A stretch of 30,822 nt of DNA from positions 1 through 30,822 of IMG/VR virus record IMGVR_UViG_3300025608_000065. The stretch is one strand, 5' to 3'. Below, piece by piece: positions 15,921 to 26,509 of this stretch. The position numbers and the translations under genes are program-made. The DNA is from a virus (taxonomy: Duplodnaviria > Caudoviricetes). The notes below the pieces were generated by a model that saw only the letters and a list, made by a program, of their open reading frames with translations, was not told the origin of the DNA and searched no databases. Positions within the stretch are counted from its first letter, which is position 1; every line of letters starts with the position of its first letter.

Positions 15921-16874
15921 ATGTCACTACTGGAGAGTAATACTACATACAAACCATTCAAGTATCCTTGGGCTGTTGAGTATTCTACGCAGCATGAACG
16001 TATTCATTGGATTGAGGATGAGTTAGAGTTACAGACAGATGTTAACCACTGGAAGTCTGATGTGTTAACGAAGGCTGAGAAGAACCACATAACGCAGATT
16101 CTTCGCCTGTTCACGCAGACAGACGTAGCGGTTGGTACGAACTATCTTGAGTATTATATTCCTAAGTTTAAGAATAACGAGATTCGGGCGATGCTGACTG
16201 CATTTGCCTCTAGGGAATTTATTCATCAACGTGCCTATGCCCTCCTGAACGACACCTTAGGATTACCTGAAGAAGAGTTCAGCACATTTCTTGAGTATAC
16301 TCAGATGTCTGAAAAACTGGAGTTCATGTCCGGATTAGACGTACATTCGCACCAAGGTACTGCCTTAGCAATCGCAAGGTCTGTGCTGAATGAAGGAATG
16401 TCTTTGTTCTCAGCATTTGCAATGCTTCTTAACTATCAGAGATTTGGTAAGATGCCGGGGATGTGTACTGTTGTTGAATGGTCAGTCCGAGATGAGAGTC
16501 AACACGCAGAGGGCATGGCTAAATTGTTTAGGACGTTCTGCGAAGAGCATCCAAGAGTTGTGAATGATGATTTTAAGAAAGATATCTACGAAATGTTTAG
16601 AACTGCAGTCAAACTTGAAGATAAAGTTATTGATCTTGCGTATGAGATGGGTGACTTGGAAGGTTTGTCGGCGGCAGATGTCAAGCAGTACATTCGCTAC
16701 CTCGCAGACAGACGTTTACTCCAACTTGGTCTCAAGACGAATTGGAAGGTTAAGGAGAATCCTCTACCGTGGATGGAGGAGTTGCTTGGAGGTTCCTCTA
16801 TTTCTAATTTCTTTGAGAAAAGAGTAACAGATTACAACGCACATGGTTTAAACGGTGAGGATTGGGGATGGTAG
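15921..16874 (+). CDS. nrdB: Ribonucleotide reductase class I beta subunit
   Basis: FTQTD, EFIHQRAY (radical Tyr present), EGMSLFSAF, RDESQH, NFFEKRVTDY. Confidence 0.95.
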   Translation: MSLLESNTTYKPFKYPWAVEYSTQHERIHWIEDELELQTDVNHWKSDVLTKAEKNHITQILRLFTQTDVAVGTNYLEYYIPKFKNNEIRAMLTAFASREFIHQRAYALLNDTLGLPEEEFSTFLEYTQMSEKLEFMSGLDVHSHQGTALAIARSVLNEGMSLFSAFAMLLNYQRFGKMPGMCTVVEWSVRDESQHAEGMAKLFRTFCEEHPRVVNDDFKKDIYEMFRTAVKLEDKVIDLAYEMGDLEGLSAADVKQYIRYLADRRLLQLGLKTNWKVKENPLPWMEELLGGSSISNFFEKRVTDYNAHGLNGEDWGW

Positions 16875-17053
16875 CAGCACGTTTTCATCATGTATTTGGT
16901 TTGTCTATAGAGACTGTTCAATCTCAACCAGTCCTAGGATGGGCGCAGAACGCTGACATTGAGGATGCTCAGGTGTACTTCTTTGACGGGTTTGTAATCA
17001 ACATCCCTTTCATTAAGATCATGATCGGAGATGTCTTTGAAGTTTTTGAATAA
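16868..17053 (+). CDS. Hypothetical protein
   Basis: Last ORF of the + arm, overlapping the nrdB end. Confidence 0.55.
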   Translation: MVAARFHHVFGLSIETVQSQPVLGWAQNADIEDAQVYFFDGFVINIPFIKIMIGDVFEVFE

Positions 17054-17062
17054 CTAAGATTA

Positions 17063-17090
17063 AAGGCTATGCAGTTTCCTACATAGCCTT
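17063..17090 (-). terminator. Hairpin, probable terminator for the - strand arm
   Basis: - strand AAGGCTATGTAG-GAAA-CTGCATAGCCTT with a GNRA loop and one G-U pair; the downstream U-tract is weak. Confidence 0.6.
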
Positions 17091-17112
17091 CAGTTTCACT
17101 CTCCAGTGATAT

Positions 17113-17134
17113 CCCCGCTTCGGCGGGGTTTTTT
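17113..17134 (+). terminator. Rho-independent terminator
   Basis: CCCCGC-TTCG-GCGGGG-TTTTTT, at the point where the two arms converge. Confidence 0.9.
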
Positions 17135-19145
17135 ATAGCCCTGCTTCTTGTCTAAGAAGTTCTTCTTGAGTCAGTACTGGCTCTTCAGGCTGTGCAGCTT
17201 GTCTAGGCTTCGCAGGCTCAACAGGATCAAGACCGTACTGCTTACGCAGTGCGTTAACCTCAGCAATACGCCTATCATCTTCAATATCTATACCTGCATC
17301 ACCTGCCATCACTAACAAGCCTCTCACAGCCGCTGCAGGGATACGCTTACCTTCGTTCTCTGCTTTAATCACAACCTTCACAATGTTTGACAATCTGTCA
17401 ATTGACGCAGGGTCTGTGATGTTCTTTGCAATGATGCGAGGCATGTTTGCAATCACAACTGCTGAGAATCTCTGTGCAAGTGTACGATCAGGACGAATAA
17501 CAGATTCTGCTGCAGTGGCCTGTCTAGAACGAATAGAGAGTGCTAACTCACCTCCAGGACCACGACTGAGAATATTTGCTTGCTTGATAAGTTTATTAAC
17601 CTTTGCAACAGTCTGCGCATCATAGAGTTCTTCATAAGTTCTTAAGAAATCAGGATCGCCTAAACGCTTCTCAAGGTTAAGCAACTGGTTAATACCTTGT
17701 CCACCTTCACCGGCAAGGGCCTTCTCCATAAAACTTCTACGAAGTCCTGCTAAGACATCACGTCCAGTTGTTGACTTCAGTTTCTTAGCTTCTTTGACGA
17801 GATTACGGATATCCTTAATCGGAGTCACCCGTCCATAGGATAACAAGTGACGTGCAACAAGTTCAGGATCATCCTTCAGCGCAGCCTTCATCGTGTTATT
17901 ATAAAGCGTATCCTGTGCTTGGGAATACTGCTTCATCGCCTTAGTGTACATCTCAACAAGTTCAGGAGATGTCTTCTGAGCCTGCGCAAGCATCTTAGTC
18001 TCAAAGTTATTAACGATACTCGCAAGTTCTGCAACTGCTGGATCATTCTTAGTTGCAGGGTCTCCACGTAATGCTGTTAAGCGCTTCTTTAGATTCTTTA
18101 ACTTAGAAAATGCTGTGGAGAACTTCATATTCGGCGTAAGCGACATAATGTCATCATAAGCCTTCTTAATGGTCCCTTCCAAGAATGGAATCTGCCCTCC
18201 TGCCTTTGCAATACGTTCAGCATTCTTAGTAAGTCCTTCCATTGACTCAGCACGTCCACGAGTGACAACATTACGAATCCCTTGGATATTAATTGTCACG
18301 CCTTTACCGGCTGCATCTAATTCATCAAAGGTGCGCTGGAATGCTTCAGAGGAAGCCACTCGTGTGTTCTCAATTAAGTTCTGCAGAAGTCTACCAGTTT
18401 GCTCAGTAGAAAGAGATGACTGAGTTTTAACCAAGGCATCAATCTGATCATCAATGTACGCCTGCTGAGAATCTGCAATCATCTTAAAGCGCTGCTTAGT
18501 ACCAAGACCACCTTCAGCAGCAGATTCTAAACCTTCACGAAACGCATCTTCTGGTCTGGCCTGTGTTGCTCTCAGTGTAGAGCCACGAGCACGGAGTGCT
18601 TGCTGAAGTTCTTTAACATCTTCAATATCTACAGGCATATCACCTTTAGGTAATAATTTACCAGCTAAGCGTCCTGTGTCGGCAATAATGTCAATAGCCT
18701 TAGCACCGGTAACATCCAGAATACCTTCGTATGACGCAGTCTCTAAAGCCTTCAGTGGATCTGCTTCTTCACCTTCAATTAACTGACGGGCTGATTCGCC
18801 TGCACCACCACCTGCAAAGGCTCCAATAGCACCACCAGCTAAAGCGCCTAACGCAGTACCTGCACCGGGAACGATAGAGCCTGCCTGAGCGCCTAGCAAG
18901 GCACCACTGGCTGCACCACCTAATGCAGACAACTCAGGAAGCATATCAATAGCAGAGGCTTTTAAGCGATCCTGCCAAGATGCTTCCATGTTTTCCATTT
19001 CGCCTTCGTCAGTCTGAATAGGCTGTACTTTAAAATCCTCTTCAGTTGCAATACCAGCGGCAATAGCCTTTCTTTTAATTTCTTCTTTGGATGTCCCTTC
19101 AGGGATACCGTTAATAATTATACCACTAGGTAATCTGACTTGCAT
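17133..19145 (-). CDS. Large internal virion/DNA-ejection protein
   Basis: Likely start MQVRLPSG at 19145 (TAATG overlap). Gly/Ala-rich hydrophobic segment followed by a helical body; last gene of the virion arm. Confidence 0.6.
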   Translation of the reverse strand: MQVRLPSGIIINGIPEGTSKEEIKRKAIAAGIATEEDFKVQPIQTDEGEMENMEASWQDRLKASAIDMLPELSALGGAASGALLGAQAGSIVPGAGTALGALAGGAIGAFAGGGAGESARQLIEGEEADPLKALETASYEGILDVTGAKAIDIIADTGRLAGKLLPKGDMPVDIEDVKELQQALRARGSTLRATQARPEDAFREGLESAAEGGLGTKQRFKMIADSQQAYIDDQIDALVKTQSSLSTEQTGRLLQNLIENTRVASSEAFQRTFDELDAAGKGVTINIQGIRNVVTRGRAESMEGLTKNAERIAKAGGQIPFLEGTIKKAYDDIMSLTPNMKFSTAFSKLKNLKKRLTALRGDPATKNDPAVAELASIVNNFETKMLAQAQKTSPELVEMYTKAMKQYSQAQDTLYNNTMKAALKDDPELVARHLLSYGRVTPIKDIRNLVKEAKKLKSTTGRDVLAGLRRSFMEKALAGEGGQGINQLLNLEKRLGDPDFLRTYEELYDAQTVAKVNKLIKQANILSRGPGGELALSIRSRQATAAESVIRPDRTLAQRFSAVVIANMPRIIAKNITDPASIDRLSNIVKVVIKAENEGKRIPAAAVRGLLVMAGDAGIDIEDDRRIAEVNALRKQYGLDPVEPAKPRQAAQPEEPVLTQEELLRQEAGL

Positions 19146-20095
19146 TACAATGTACTCCATTCACGGATTTCTGAAGTGCCGGTAGAAGTATCTTCGACAG
19201 CACCCGCATCAGCGTTCCATTGAAACCCATACTTAGACTCAAAATCAATATCTTTTGCATACTCTTTCCAAGCATCCTCAACACCTGAAGAGTCTCCGTA
19301 ATTCTGGCTCAAATACTTTGCATAGAATGTCTGATATTCTGATTCAACGACAGAGGCTTTATACAGTCCATCTAGGAATCTTGCAATATAGTTTGGGTTA
19401 TCGTCTTTGTTAGGAAAACGAGACAATGCAAGTTCAACATCTTTATCTGATGCAGCACCTGGAGGGAGGTTAGCCATACCATCTGAGATACGCAGTCCTT
19501 CGTATTCTTTCTTTAAGTTATCAAGTTCAGTTTGTCCACCAACAAAACTTCTGAATGAACCCATAATACTTCCGATGATACCTGACATCGGCTGTTCATT
19601 TAAAAAGCGGTCACGGAGGCCCCGAGACTGAGTAGCCCTGCCACGAGCATCACGAGCAGAAACAGAGGCTTCACGAATGGCTTTTTTATCTGCAGCGCCT
19701 AACTCGCCTGCAGTTCTCTTCTCATCTCTAACAACTTTAGCCTCGTCTAAACGAGCCTGTCTAGCCAATTCTAACGCTTGGTATCCTGCTTTAGTCAGTC
19801 CCTGGTCCAGCATACGCTTAGCCAATGTTGTGTAGTACTCTGACTGATTCTCAGCATCAAACGGTACAGACTTACGAATCTCTTCAATCTGTGTAGCCTC
19901 TGCTTGTCCAGGGAGCATCATACCTTGTTGCTGAGCCACTGCACCGGCTAATTGACCTGCACCACGATAGAGTTGCTGTGTGATAGGATCACTAGAGATT
20001 TGTGTAGATCGTTGTACAAGTTGATCTGCAATAGAACGCTGAATATCACCTGGCGATGTAAACAGTCCTAAGATTTCTGATTGTTTCAGTGCCAT
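19145..20095 (-). CDS. Internal virion/ejection protein
   Basis: Helical and Q/A-rich, with a PGAASDKD motif; position in the ejection cluster. Confidence 0.55.
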   Translation of the reverse strand: MALKQSEILGLFTSPGDIQRSIADQLVQRSTQISSDPITQQLYRGAGQLAGAVAQQQGMMLPGQAEATQIEEIRKSVPFDAENQSEYYTTLAKRMLDQGLTKAGYQALELARQARLDEAKVVRDEKRTAGELGAADKKAIREASVSARDARGRATQSRGLRDRFLNEQPMSGIIGSIMGSFRSFVGGQTELDNLKKEYEGLRISDGMANLPPGAASDKDVELALSRFPNKDDNPNYIARFLDGLYKASVVESEYQTFYAKYLSQNYGDSSGVEDAWKEYAKDIDFESKYGFQWNADAGAVEDTSTGTSEIREWSTL

Positions 20096-20104
20096 GATTA
20101 TTCC

Positions 20105-21400
20105 TTATGGTGAAAGGTAGAAAGACTCTGTCGCACCCTGACCTGGAGTCAATAGTGGTGCAGGCTGAGTTACCATTGGTTGAACCTGATTAAGTGTATA
20201 AGGCGCAGCGTATGATGCACTGTAGCCTCCGTATCCACCTGAGTAGGGTCCAAATGCACCTGCAGGAGCCGGTGTTGGTAATGAGAAATCAAAACCTGCA
20301 GCATATGGATTGTAGCTAGGAGTCTGCTGAGGCATCATAACTCCAGCACCGGGAGGCATTAATCCGCCTGATACTGTAGGTGTTTGTGGAGTGTATTGAC
20401 CTATGATATCACCTACACCGCCAAACAATCCAGCAATACGCTGACCTCGTAGCATTCCAGCCTCACCACGAGTCTGTGCAGCTGCAGACATACCAGAGGC
20501 TAATCGAGACGCTGCAGTCCGTTCGCCTGTACCAAGTGCTGTACCGATATCTAGAGCCTGCTGACCAAGTGCTTCAAGACCTGTTGCTTGTCCTAATAGT
20601 GCTTCATAAGGACTCAGTGCTTGTCCTACACGTCCGGCTGAGTAGCCCTCTAGAGCCTGTGCAGAACTCAGTAGACCACCACCTAATTCAAGATCAGCAG
20701 CAATGTCTCTACGAGCCAAGTCAAGGCTTTCAGCAGCAATCCGTGCATCTTCCTGAGCCTGTGCTTCCTGCAATGCAGCCATGTAAGGATTAACAGTAGC
20801 GCCTGTGCCTGTAGTGACTCCTAAGCCTGTTAAGCCTTTTGCAGCTAAGTTGCTAAATAAACGCTCTTCAGTCTCTGCACGTCCTGGAGCCTGTAGAGTC
20901 TGCATACGTGCAACACGCTCTGCAGCTGCTCTGGTAGGATCAAGTTCAATATCACGAATGAAGGGCTGAGCACGACGTAGATACTGTTCACTGAGGTCTT
21001 GGTATGGCGTAGTAGCAAAGGCTCCTGTAGCCCTCTCTAACGCTGTAGGAAGTAATCCAAGAAGTGAAGCCTGCTGTGCCTGTAGTTCAGGACTCAGAGT
21101 GTAACCAGCTTCTGACAAGAACCCTGCATTAGGATTCTCCACCATGACTGGGTTGCCTGAGGCATCTAATACAGGCTGTCCTGTCTGTGGATCAACTTGT
21201 GGAATGTAATCTGGCTCAACCTGGAAGTCTGCTTGGCCAAACGCAGTAGTGACTCCGACAGGTCTAAACCGTGCCGCAAGTTTAGCAGCCTCTAACTGAG
21301 CCTGTGCTGTCGAGGCAGCTGCCCTTTCTTGACTACGGCCTCCAAGAACCCCTCCAAGAAGGTTTACACCAGCGGCCGCTATCATTGGATTAAGTGCCAT
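20105..21400 (-). CDS. Internal virion/ejection (pilot-like) protein
   Basis: N-terminal AAAGVNLLGGVLGG followed by A/Q-rich helices; low-complexity P/G/Y tail. Confidence 0.6.
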   Translation of the reverse strand: MALNPMIAAAGVNLLGGVLGGRSQERAAASTAQAQLEAAKLAARFRPVGVTTAFGQADFQVEPDYIPQVDPQTGQPVLDASGNPVMVENPNAGFLSEAGYTLSPELQAQQASLLGLLPTALERATGAFATTPYQDLSEQYLRRAQPFIRDIELDPTRAAAERVARMQTLQAPGRAETEERLFSNLAAKGLTGLGVTTGTGATVNPYMAALQEAQAQEDARIAAESLDLARRDIAADLELGGGLLSSAQALEGYSAGRVGQALSPYEALLGQATGLEALGQQALDIGTALGTGERTAASRLASGMSAAAQTRGEAGMLRGQRIAGLFGGVGDIIGQYTPQTPTVSGGLMPPGAGVMMPQQTPSYNPYAAGFDFSLPTPAPAGAFGPYSGGYGGYSASYAAPYTLNQVQPMVTQPAPLLTPGQGATESFYLSP

Positions 21401-21409
21401 AGTATTTCC

Positions 21410-23131
21410 TTATCCGCACATGTAAATGCAAGCAATTTGTTTTACTTCAGTAGGACTGCTGAATGTCACAGCCTCCCGAGCCTTTGCAACTGTATAGCTG
21501 CGTACAACGTCATCTGACTGTTTCATGCCTTTACCGTTGAGTGACGCAGTGACAATTAAGTCACCAACTTCAATGTCTCCGTTTTCTCCACAGACATTAA
21601 TCTGACCTTCACCAACTGAGTTGATTTGGCAGTATGTCTTATTAGTTGTAATGTCTTTAAACAGTCCTTGTGGATCTATGTTAGTTGCAAAGGCATCATC
21701 CTCAAAACTCTTAACAAACACACCAACCACTGCTTTTTGTTCTGCAGCAGTTGATTGAGAGATTTCACCAACTACGTTAGAGACATCAACTTTATGTACA
21801 GTGCCTGTATCAATCACGATATCTCCTACATCGTATGGAGAAGATGTTAAACAGATGTGACTACCTGTAAATGGATTGACTGTGCCGGTAACAACGACAT
21901 CACCAGAAAAGTACCCAGCACGTACACCGCTTGCGAGTTCGGCATAGTTGTTGAAGGTGCTGAAGTTTGCTGATGTTGCGTGATAGAAGCCAGCAGCTGA
22001 TGTCGGTGAGTCGGTGTTACCTACGTTACCAGCAACCAGTGCAGAATACGATGTTGTATTCGCTGCAATCACACCGCCTTTGCTCGACGATGTTGACTTA
22101 AATGCAGCACCGGCAGACACACTACCCACAGAATCGACATCAGAACCAAGCTGGAACTCAACTCCAGATGTAACATCGCCTGATGAAATCTTATCGGCTG
22201 TTAACGTACCTGTTTCAATTGCACTGGCATTCAATGTATTGGTAGTAATCTTACCGCCATCAATAGATGTTACGTTGTCTGCAATACCTTGGGTAATATT
22301 CGTAAACGTCACCAAGCCATCAAAGTTAATCCAGTTAAAGGCAGTGTTACTGATTGTGATGGTCTGGTTACCATCAACGTCTTCTTCAACAGTGTAGTAC
22401 ACAGCCCAGAATCGTTGTCCTGAAACTGCAGAAGGTACTTCAAAAACGTGAGTCCATCCTGCCTTCAGTGTTGAGAATGTACCTGTTGAGAAACTGTAGT
22501 TGGATGTATCAACATCTTCAACCGGTGCAGTTGGTGCAGTTGATGATGAAGTTTCGTAGTAGAGGTAACCACTCGCAAACTTCGTATCAGCCGTTGTACC
22601 GTCTGCACCATTCTGGAATGCCAACACAGGAGTAGACCAAGTCAGTGTACTATCAACGCCGGTAGAGCCGATTGTTGTTGCTGTGGCTGTTGAGATGTAC
22701 ACCGGATCAGTACCGGCTGGTATGTTACGAGTCCATCCTGTTGGAGGAGTAAGGACAAGTGTATCAAAGTCGAAAGAACCTCCAGTAGGATTAGAAGGTG
22801 TAGATGCTGCTCGTTGCCATATAGAGACTGTGAAGAATGAGTTACCGTCTAATCCTTCTGTACCGGCTGTTAAGGTTGCGTTGATCTCTTGCTGTACAAA
22901 AGCTGTTGTTGCTAGTTGTGTCGTGTTTGTATCTGTTGCAGCAGTCGGCGCAGTAGGTGTTCCTGTGAATGCTGGAGAGGCTTTATCAGCCTTTGCATTA
23001 ACTGCGACAGAGATTGCTGAAAACTCAGCATCAAACAAAGCACCAGAGATGACTTTATCTGGGTTTCCAGAATCTAAATCATCTTTTGCGCTGAAGTTGG
23101 ATTCAATAGGAGTATAAGTTGTATCCGTCAT
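21410..23131 (-). CDS. Tail fibre/spike with probable C-terminal autocleaving chaperone domain
   Basis: SPAFTGTPTAPT...TTQLATTAFV fibre motif, T/S/G-rich body, and C-terminal PFTGSH...NSVGEGQINVCGENGDIEVGDLI. Confidence 0.75.
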   Translation of the reverse strand: MTDTTYTPIESNFSAKDDLDSGNPDKVISGALFDAEFSAISVAVNAKADKASPAFTGTPTAPTAATDTNTTQLATTAFVQQEINATLTAGTEGLDGNSFFTVSIWQRAASTPSNPTGGSFDFDTLVLTPPTGWTRNIPAGTDPVYISTATATTIGSTGVDSTLTWSTPVLAFQNGADGTTADTKFASGYLYYETSSSTAPTAPVEDVDTSNYSFSTGTFSTLKAGWTHVFEVPSAVSGQRFWAVYYTVEEDVDGNQTITISNTAFNWINFDGLVTFTNITQGIADNVTSIDGGKITTNTLNASAIETGTLTADKISSGDVTSGVEFQLGSDVDSVGSVSAGAAFKSTSSSKGGVIAANTTSYSALVAGNVGNTDSPTSAAGFYHATSANFSTFNNYAELASGVRAGYFSGDVVVTGTVNPFTGSHICLTSSPYDVGDIVIDTGTVHKVDVSNVVGEISQSTAAEQKAVVGVFVKSFEDDAFATNIDPQGLFKDITTNKTYCQINSVGEGQINVCGENGDIEVGDLIVTASLNGKGMKQSDDVVRSYTVAKAREAVTFSSPTEVKQIACIYMCG

Positions 23132-24645
23132 GAGATTAATTTTCCTGTTTTAGAATAGATATCTAGTTTTTGGAAAGACATCTTCGTGTTGTTAACACTG
23201 AGTTCAAACCCTAGTTGGATTACTGAGCCTTTGCCTCGGAGGTTGATACCAAAACGCTGTATAGCCTCTCCAAGAGAAAACTCGGCAATGCCAAATTCAG
23301 CAGTACCAAACTCTGCAATGTTAAACAAAGTCAACGGAATTGTTTCCGGTGCGTACTTGGTTGTGTAATCCGTAATAAAACGTACTGTCAGGGCTTCCTC
23401 AGAAGACCCATAAACAACAACCTTGAGTTTCTTTAGAATCTTTTCAATGGCTGGGTTACCGAAGTCCATGTGCGAGGTATAATACTTAAACTCATACTCA
23501 TCTTCGTTGTCTAGGTAGCCTGTATGTTGTGCGACGTAAGCAGTCTGTCCCATCAAGATCGTGTTGTCTCGTCTGCGGAGTAATGCAGTTGGGTTAATCT
23601 GCTTCCATACCGTTGCTCGCATAGAACCATCTTGAAGTTGACTTCTGAGATCAAATACATAACTGATACGTGCGCCAGGAATACTGAGAACATAGAATGC
23701 ATCAGTTGGCGAGTACACGGCCTTAATCTGATTAGCATTTGTACCAGATACTGCATCTAATAAGTCATCTCTGACGTTACGAGAGATATCACGAACAGGA
23801 GAAGAGTTTTCTTGGATTGTTCTTCCAAGTGTGCGCACTCCTTCAGCAGACAAGAAGAACACATCTGTGCCTACATTAGCTACTGAGTCTCTTGCAATAC
23901 AGCCGATGCCAGAGATATGGTCCTGCAGCATAAACCCAACCCCTGTAGGGTCTTCGCCACCTGAAAAGACTGCGATGTTACGCTGACCAAAGATAATTAA
24001 CCTGTTATTATGTTCAGTGATTGCAGTGACTGTATCGTCTTCACCGAACACTTCACGCATATTAATGAAACCAGAACCTACATCTGCAAAGTTTGTAGGG
24101 TCTAAAATCTGAGACCAGTAAACTGTATAGTCATCTGCAACCCACATCCTGTTAAAACAAGCAGATGCGCAGGATGGTGTTGTCGAGGCCGGTCCGTTCG
24201 TATATTCAAAGTATTCATCTGCAGAGCCATCGTAGTACACCATCTCGTGACCTTGCTGAACAAACACTGTTTTATTGTTGTACGAAACAATCTGCCAGTC
24301 ATCTGCAGTAATTGTGATTGGTGTGCCGCTATTGGCTGTAAGTTCTACAGGGTCTCTGGCGTTATCAGTAAACTTCCAGAGTTTGTTATTAGCCGCAAAG
24401 AGAATAGAATATGTACCGTCTGTCTCAACATGCTCACCAATTGCTCTGACAGACCCTGTAACTCCATCAGCCTGATTAGAGTATGTTTCCCATCCCTTAC
24501 GAACAGCGATACGCCCATACTTATCAATAACACAATTCTCTGCAACCAATGCAAAAGAAGGGCTGTTCTGTAATCCAGAGTCCTGTGTATTCAGGCCGTA
24601 GAAACCGGGTGCTGAAATTGTTGTAGACTGTAGAACCTCTGCCAT
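23128..24645 (-). CDS. Tail nozzle/stabilisation protein (tubular B/P22 gp10-like)
   Basis: Beta-rich with GIGCIARDSV and VFFLSAEGV; follows the adaptor gene. Confidence 0.7.
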   Translation of the reverse strand: MAEVLQSTTISAPGFYGLNTQDSGLQNSPSFALVAENCVIDKYGRIAVRKGWETYSNQADGVTGSVRAIGEHVETDGTYSILFAANNKLWKFTDNARDPVELTANSGTPITITADDWQIVSYNNKTVFVQQGHEMVYYDGSADEYFEYTNGPASTTPSCASACFNRMWVADDYTVYWSQILDPTNFADVGSGFINMREVFGEDDTVTAITEHNNRLIIFGQRNIAVFSGGEDPTGVGFMLQDHISGIGCIARDSVANVGTDVFFLSAEGVRTLGRTIQENSSPVRDISRNVRDDLLDAVSGTNANQIKAVYSPTDAFYVLSIPGARISYVFDLRSQLQDGSMRATVWKQINPTALLRRRDNTILMGQTAYVAQHTGYLDNEDEYEFKYYTSHMDFGNPAIEKILKKLKVVVYGSSEEALTVRFITDYTTKYAPETIPLTLFNIAEFGTAEFGIAEFSLGEAIQRFGINLRGKGSVIQLGFELSVNNTKMSFQKLDIYSKTGKLIS

Positions 24646-25298
24646 TAGACTTCTCTAAATATCAACTCTTCAGGATGCTTCTCAGCGTCAAAAGCAATCG
24701 CATCACTCATTACACGCTGTGCAGTTGCATAAGCGCTTGTCGCTGAGATACCGCCATCTTCACCACGTTCTTCAATCGCCTTTGCAAGCGCCAACATAAT
24801 AATAGGGCGTGTTGGTGCATAGACCACATCTGTATTATTTGTCAATTCACCAGGGCGAACAAGTAAGTTAAAACGCAATGTATACTCAGCATCTGGCTTA
24901 GGATAGACTTCGACAATTGTATCCTCAGATGAACTAATACCGTTAAAAGAGTAATACACAGGAGCACCAGAGACTACGTTGTCTGTGTTGCGGTACCAGT
25001 TGGTAAATTCCTTTGCAGTGCGATACTGCATAAACCAATCTGACGTATCATTAATGACATCAAGCACTTCCATACGAGTACCTGACGTACTGAGTACATA
25101 ACCAAATGTACCGGAGACTGTGTTGACAGTAATTGTTGTTCTCAGATGTGACCAGTCCCAAGCATTCTCAACTTCTTCTTTCGCATCGTTGACAAACTTG
25201 CTAATTAACTTGGCATACGGGTTCTGTGTTACTGAAGAGACTTCGTCTTCTCGTAACCGAACCAGTACATCATTAACAATATCTAAATACGTAGCCAT
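24645..25298 (-). CDS. Head-tail adaptor (tail tubular A-like)
   Basis: MATYLDIVNDVLVRLRE...FVNDAKEEVENAWDW...YPKPD. Confidence 0.7.
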   Translation of the reverse strand: MATYLDIVNDVLVRLREDEVSSVTQNPYAKLISKFVNDAKEEVENAWDWSHLRTTITVNTVSGTFGYVLSTSGTRMEVLDVINDTSDWFMQYRTAKEFTNWYRNTDNVVSGAPVYYSFNGISSSEDTIVEVYPKPDAEYTLRFNLLVRPGELTNNTDVVYAPTRPIIMLALAKAIEERGEDGGISATSAYATAQRVMSDAIAFDAEKHPEELIFREV

Positions 25299-25585
25299 TA
25301 CCACTTCACCTTATGAGACCAATAGCGAGCGCTGAGTTTACTTGGATTGGAGTCTTGAGCATTGTGGCGAGCATAATAGGATTTACGCCGTGCTTTGTCT
25401 TTCTTTGTCTTAGGGTTCTTACCAGCGCCAGTGACACCTTGTTGACCGAATCGGATTGTTTTGATTTTGTCGCCTTCTTTCGCAACAACGACATGAGACT
25501 TGGTAGGATGATTGGGAGTGCGCTTAGGTTTATTATACCCTGAAACACCTGCTTTGTCAAGTCTTGAATCTTTCTTTGTAGCCAT
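25298..25585 (-). CDS. Basic phage protein
   Basis: K/R-rich with IRFGQQG...RRKSYYARH...SARYWS; TAATG couplings at both ends. Confidence 0.75.
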   Translation of the reverse strand: MATKKDSRLDKAGVSGYNKPKRTPNHPTKSHVVVAKEGDKIKTIRFGQQGVTGAGKNPKTKKDKARRKSYYARHNAQDSNPSKLSARYWSHKVKW

Positions 25586-25926
25586 TAATTTCTACCTGCT
25601 GTCGCATTGTGTTCAATGACAGAGACTAAGATAGTCGCTGCAGTCGATGCACTTGCTTGTATTTTGTCCCCTGCTTCCATCATAATGAACTCATTGTACT
25701 GCCCACCGATTTGAAAGAACTCTTTAGCAGAAAGTGAATATCCGGATAAAATAGGAAGTGAAGCATCTGCTGAGGCATCGTAGTATGTCACACTAAATGT
25801 TTCAGTACTTCCTGAAGTATTGGTTACATACACAAGAATCCATTCTGCACGTTTATTGGCAGGTACTTCATAGATGTCTGTTAATGTTGTTGTAAGTGCA
25901 GCACCTACTGAGCGTTTTGTAGCCAT
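25585..25926 (-). CDS. Small beta-rich putative virion protein
   Basis: 113 aa with IYEVPA...MEAGDKIQA; SD AGGA. Confidence 0.7.
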   Translation of the reverse strand: MATKRSVGAALTTTLTDIYEVPANKRAEWILVYVTNTSGSTETFSVTYYDASADASLPILSGYSLSAKEFFQIGGQYNEFIMMEAGDKIQASASTAATILVSVIEHNATAGRN

Positions 25927-25934
25927 ATCTTATC

Positions 25935-26348
25935 CTAAAATCCGAAGAGACGTATTCCTGTCCGTATAGGCCCTACGAACGGTGCAATTGGTGCTAAAGG
26001 AGTCATCGCTAATCCCGCTTCAATGAACTTGTCCTCTACGTATTGTTGAGTAGCGTTACCGATTCCACGTCCAAGGTTTGTTTGTCCGCCTGTGAGCATT
26101 CCAGGTTGCATTGCATTGTATTGTTGTTCTGCAGTCTGAAAACGATTATAGATCTGGTATGGATCAGACTGAGTAGCCATTGCAATAGCCAGTGGAGAGA
26201 TGTTAGCCTGTTGAGCCGCTTGGTAGTATTGTAGATCACTCAGCCCTGGATTCTGTGCTAGATATTGCTGAATTGCTGGTACTTGTCCTTGCATTCTATC
26301 AATGATCTGAGAGAACATTCCAGATACATACGGCTGGTTAGGATACAT
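25935..26348 (-). CDS. Gln-rich hypothetical protein
   Basis: 137 aa; SD GGAG. Confidence 0.65.
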   Translation of the reverse strand: MYPNQPYVSGMFSQIIDRMQGQVPAIQQYLAQNPGLSDLQYYQAAQQANISPLAIAMATQSDPYQIYNRFQTAEQQYNAMQPGMLTGGQTNLGRGIGNATQQYVEDKFIEAGLAMTPLAPIAPFVGPIRTGIRLFGF

Positions 26349-26350
26349 TG

Positions 26351-26509
26351 TTACTTTGCTCCACGTTTCTTTTTGGCAGTCTTGGCTGCTTTTTTAAATG
26401 CTTTTGCAGTCGGTGCACCTTTGCTACCTGGTTTACGCATCTTTTCGTTACTACCGGCTTTAATACGCTTGCGTTTAGCGTGGATATTCGCATAGAGACC
26501 TTTACTCAT
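26351..26509 (-). CDS. Lys-rich 52-aa protein (not in ORF track)
   Basis: MSKGLYANIHAKRKRIKAGSNEKMRKPGSKGAPTAKAFKKAAKTAKKKRGAK; ATGA coupling. Confidence 0.75.
   Translation of the reverse strand: MSKGLYANIHAKRKRIKAGSNEKMRKPGSKGAPTAKAFKKAAKTAKKKRGAK

Noticed and set aside
13609-16874. Introns or inteins in the RNR genes (also considered for pol and terminase)
   Set aside because: All are uninterrupted and of compact size.
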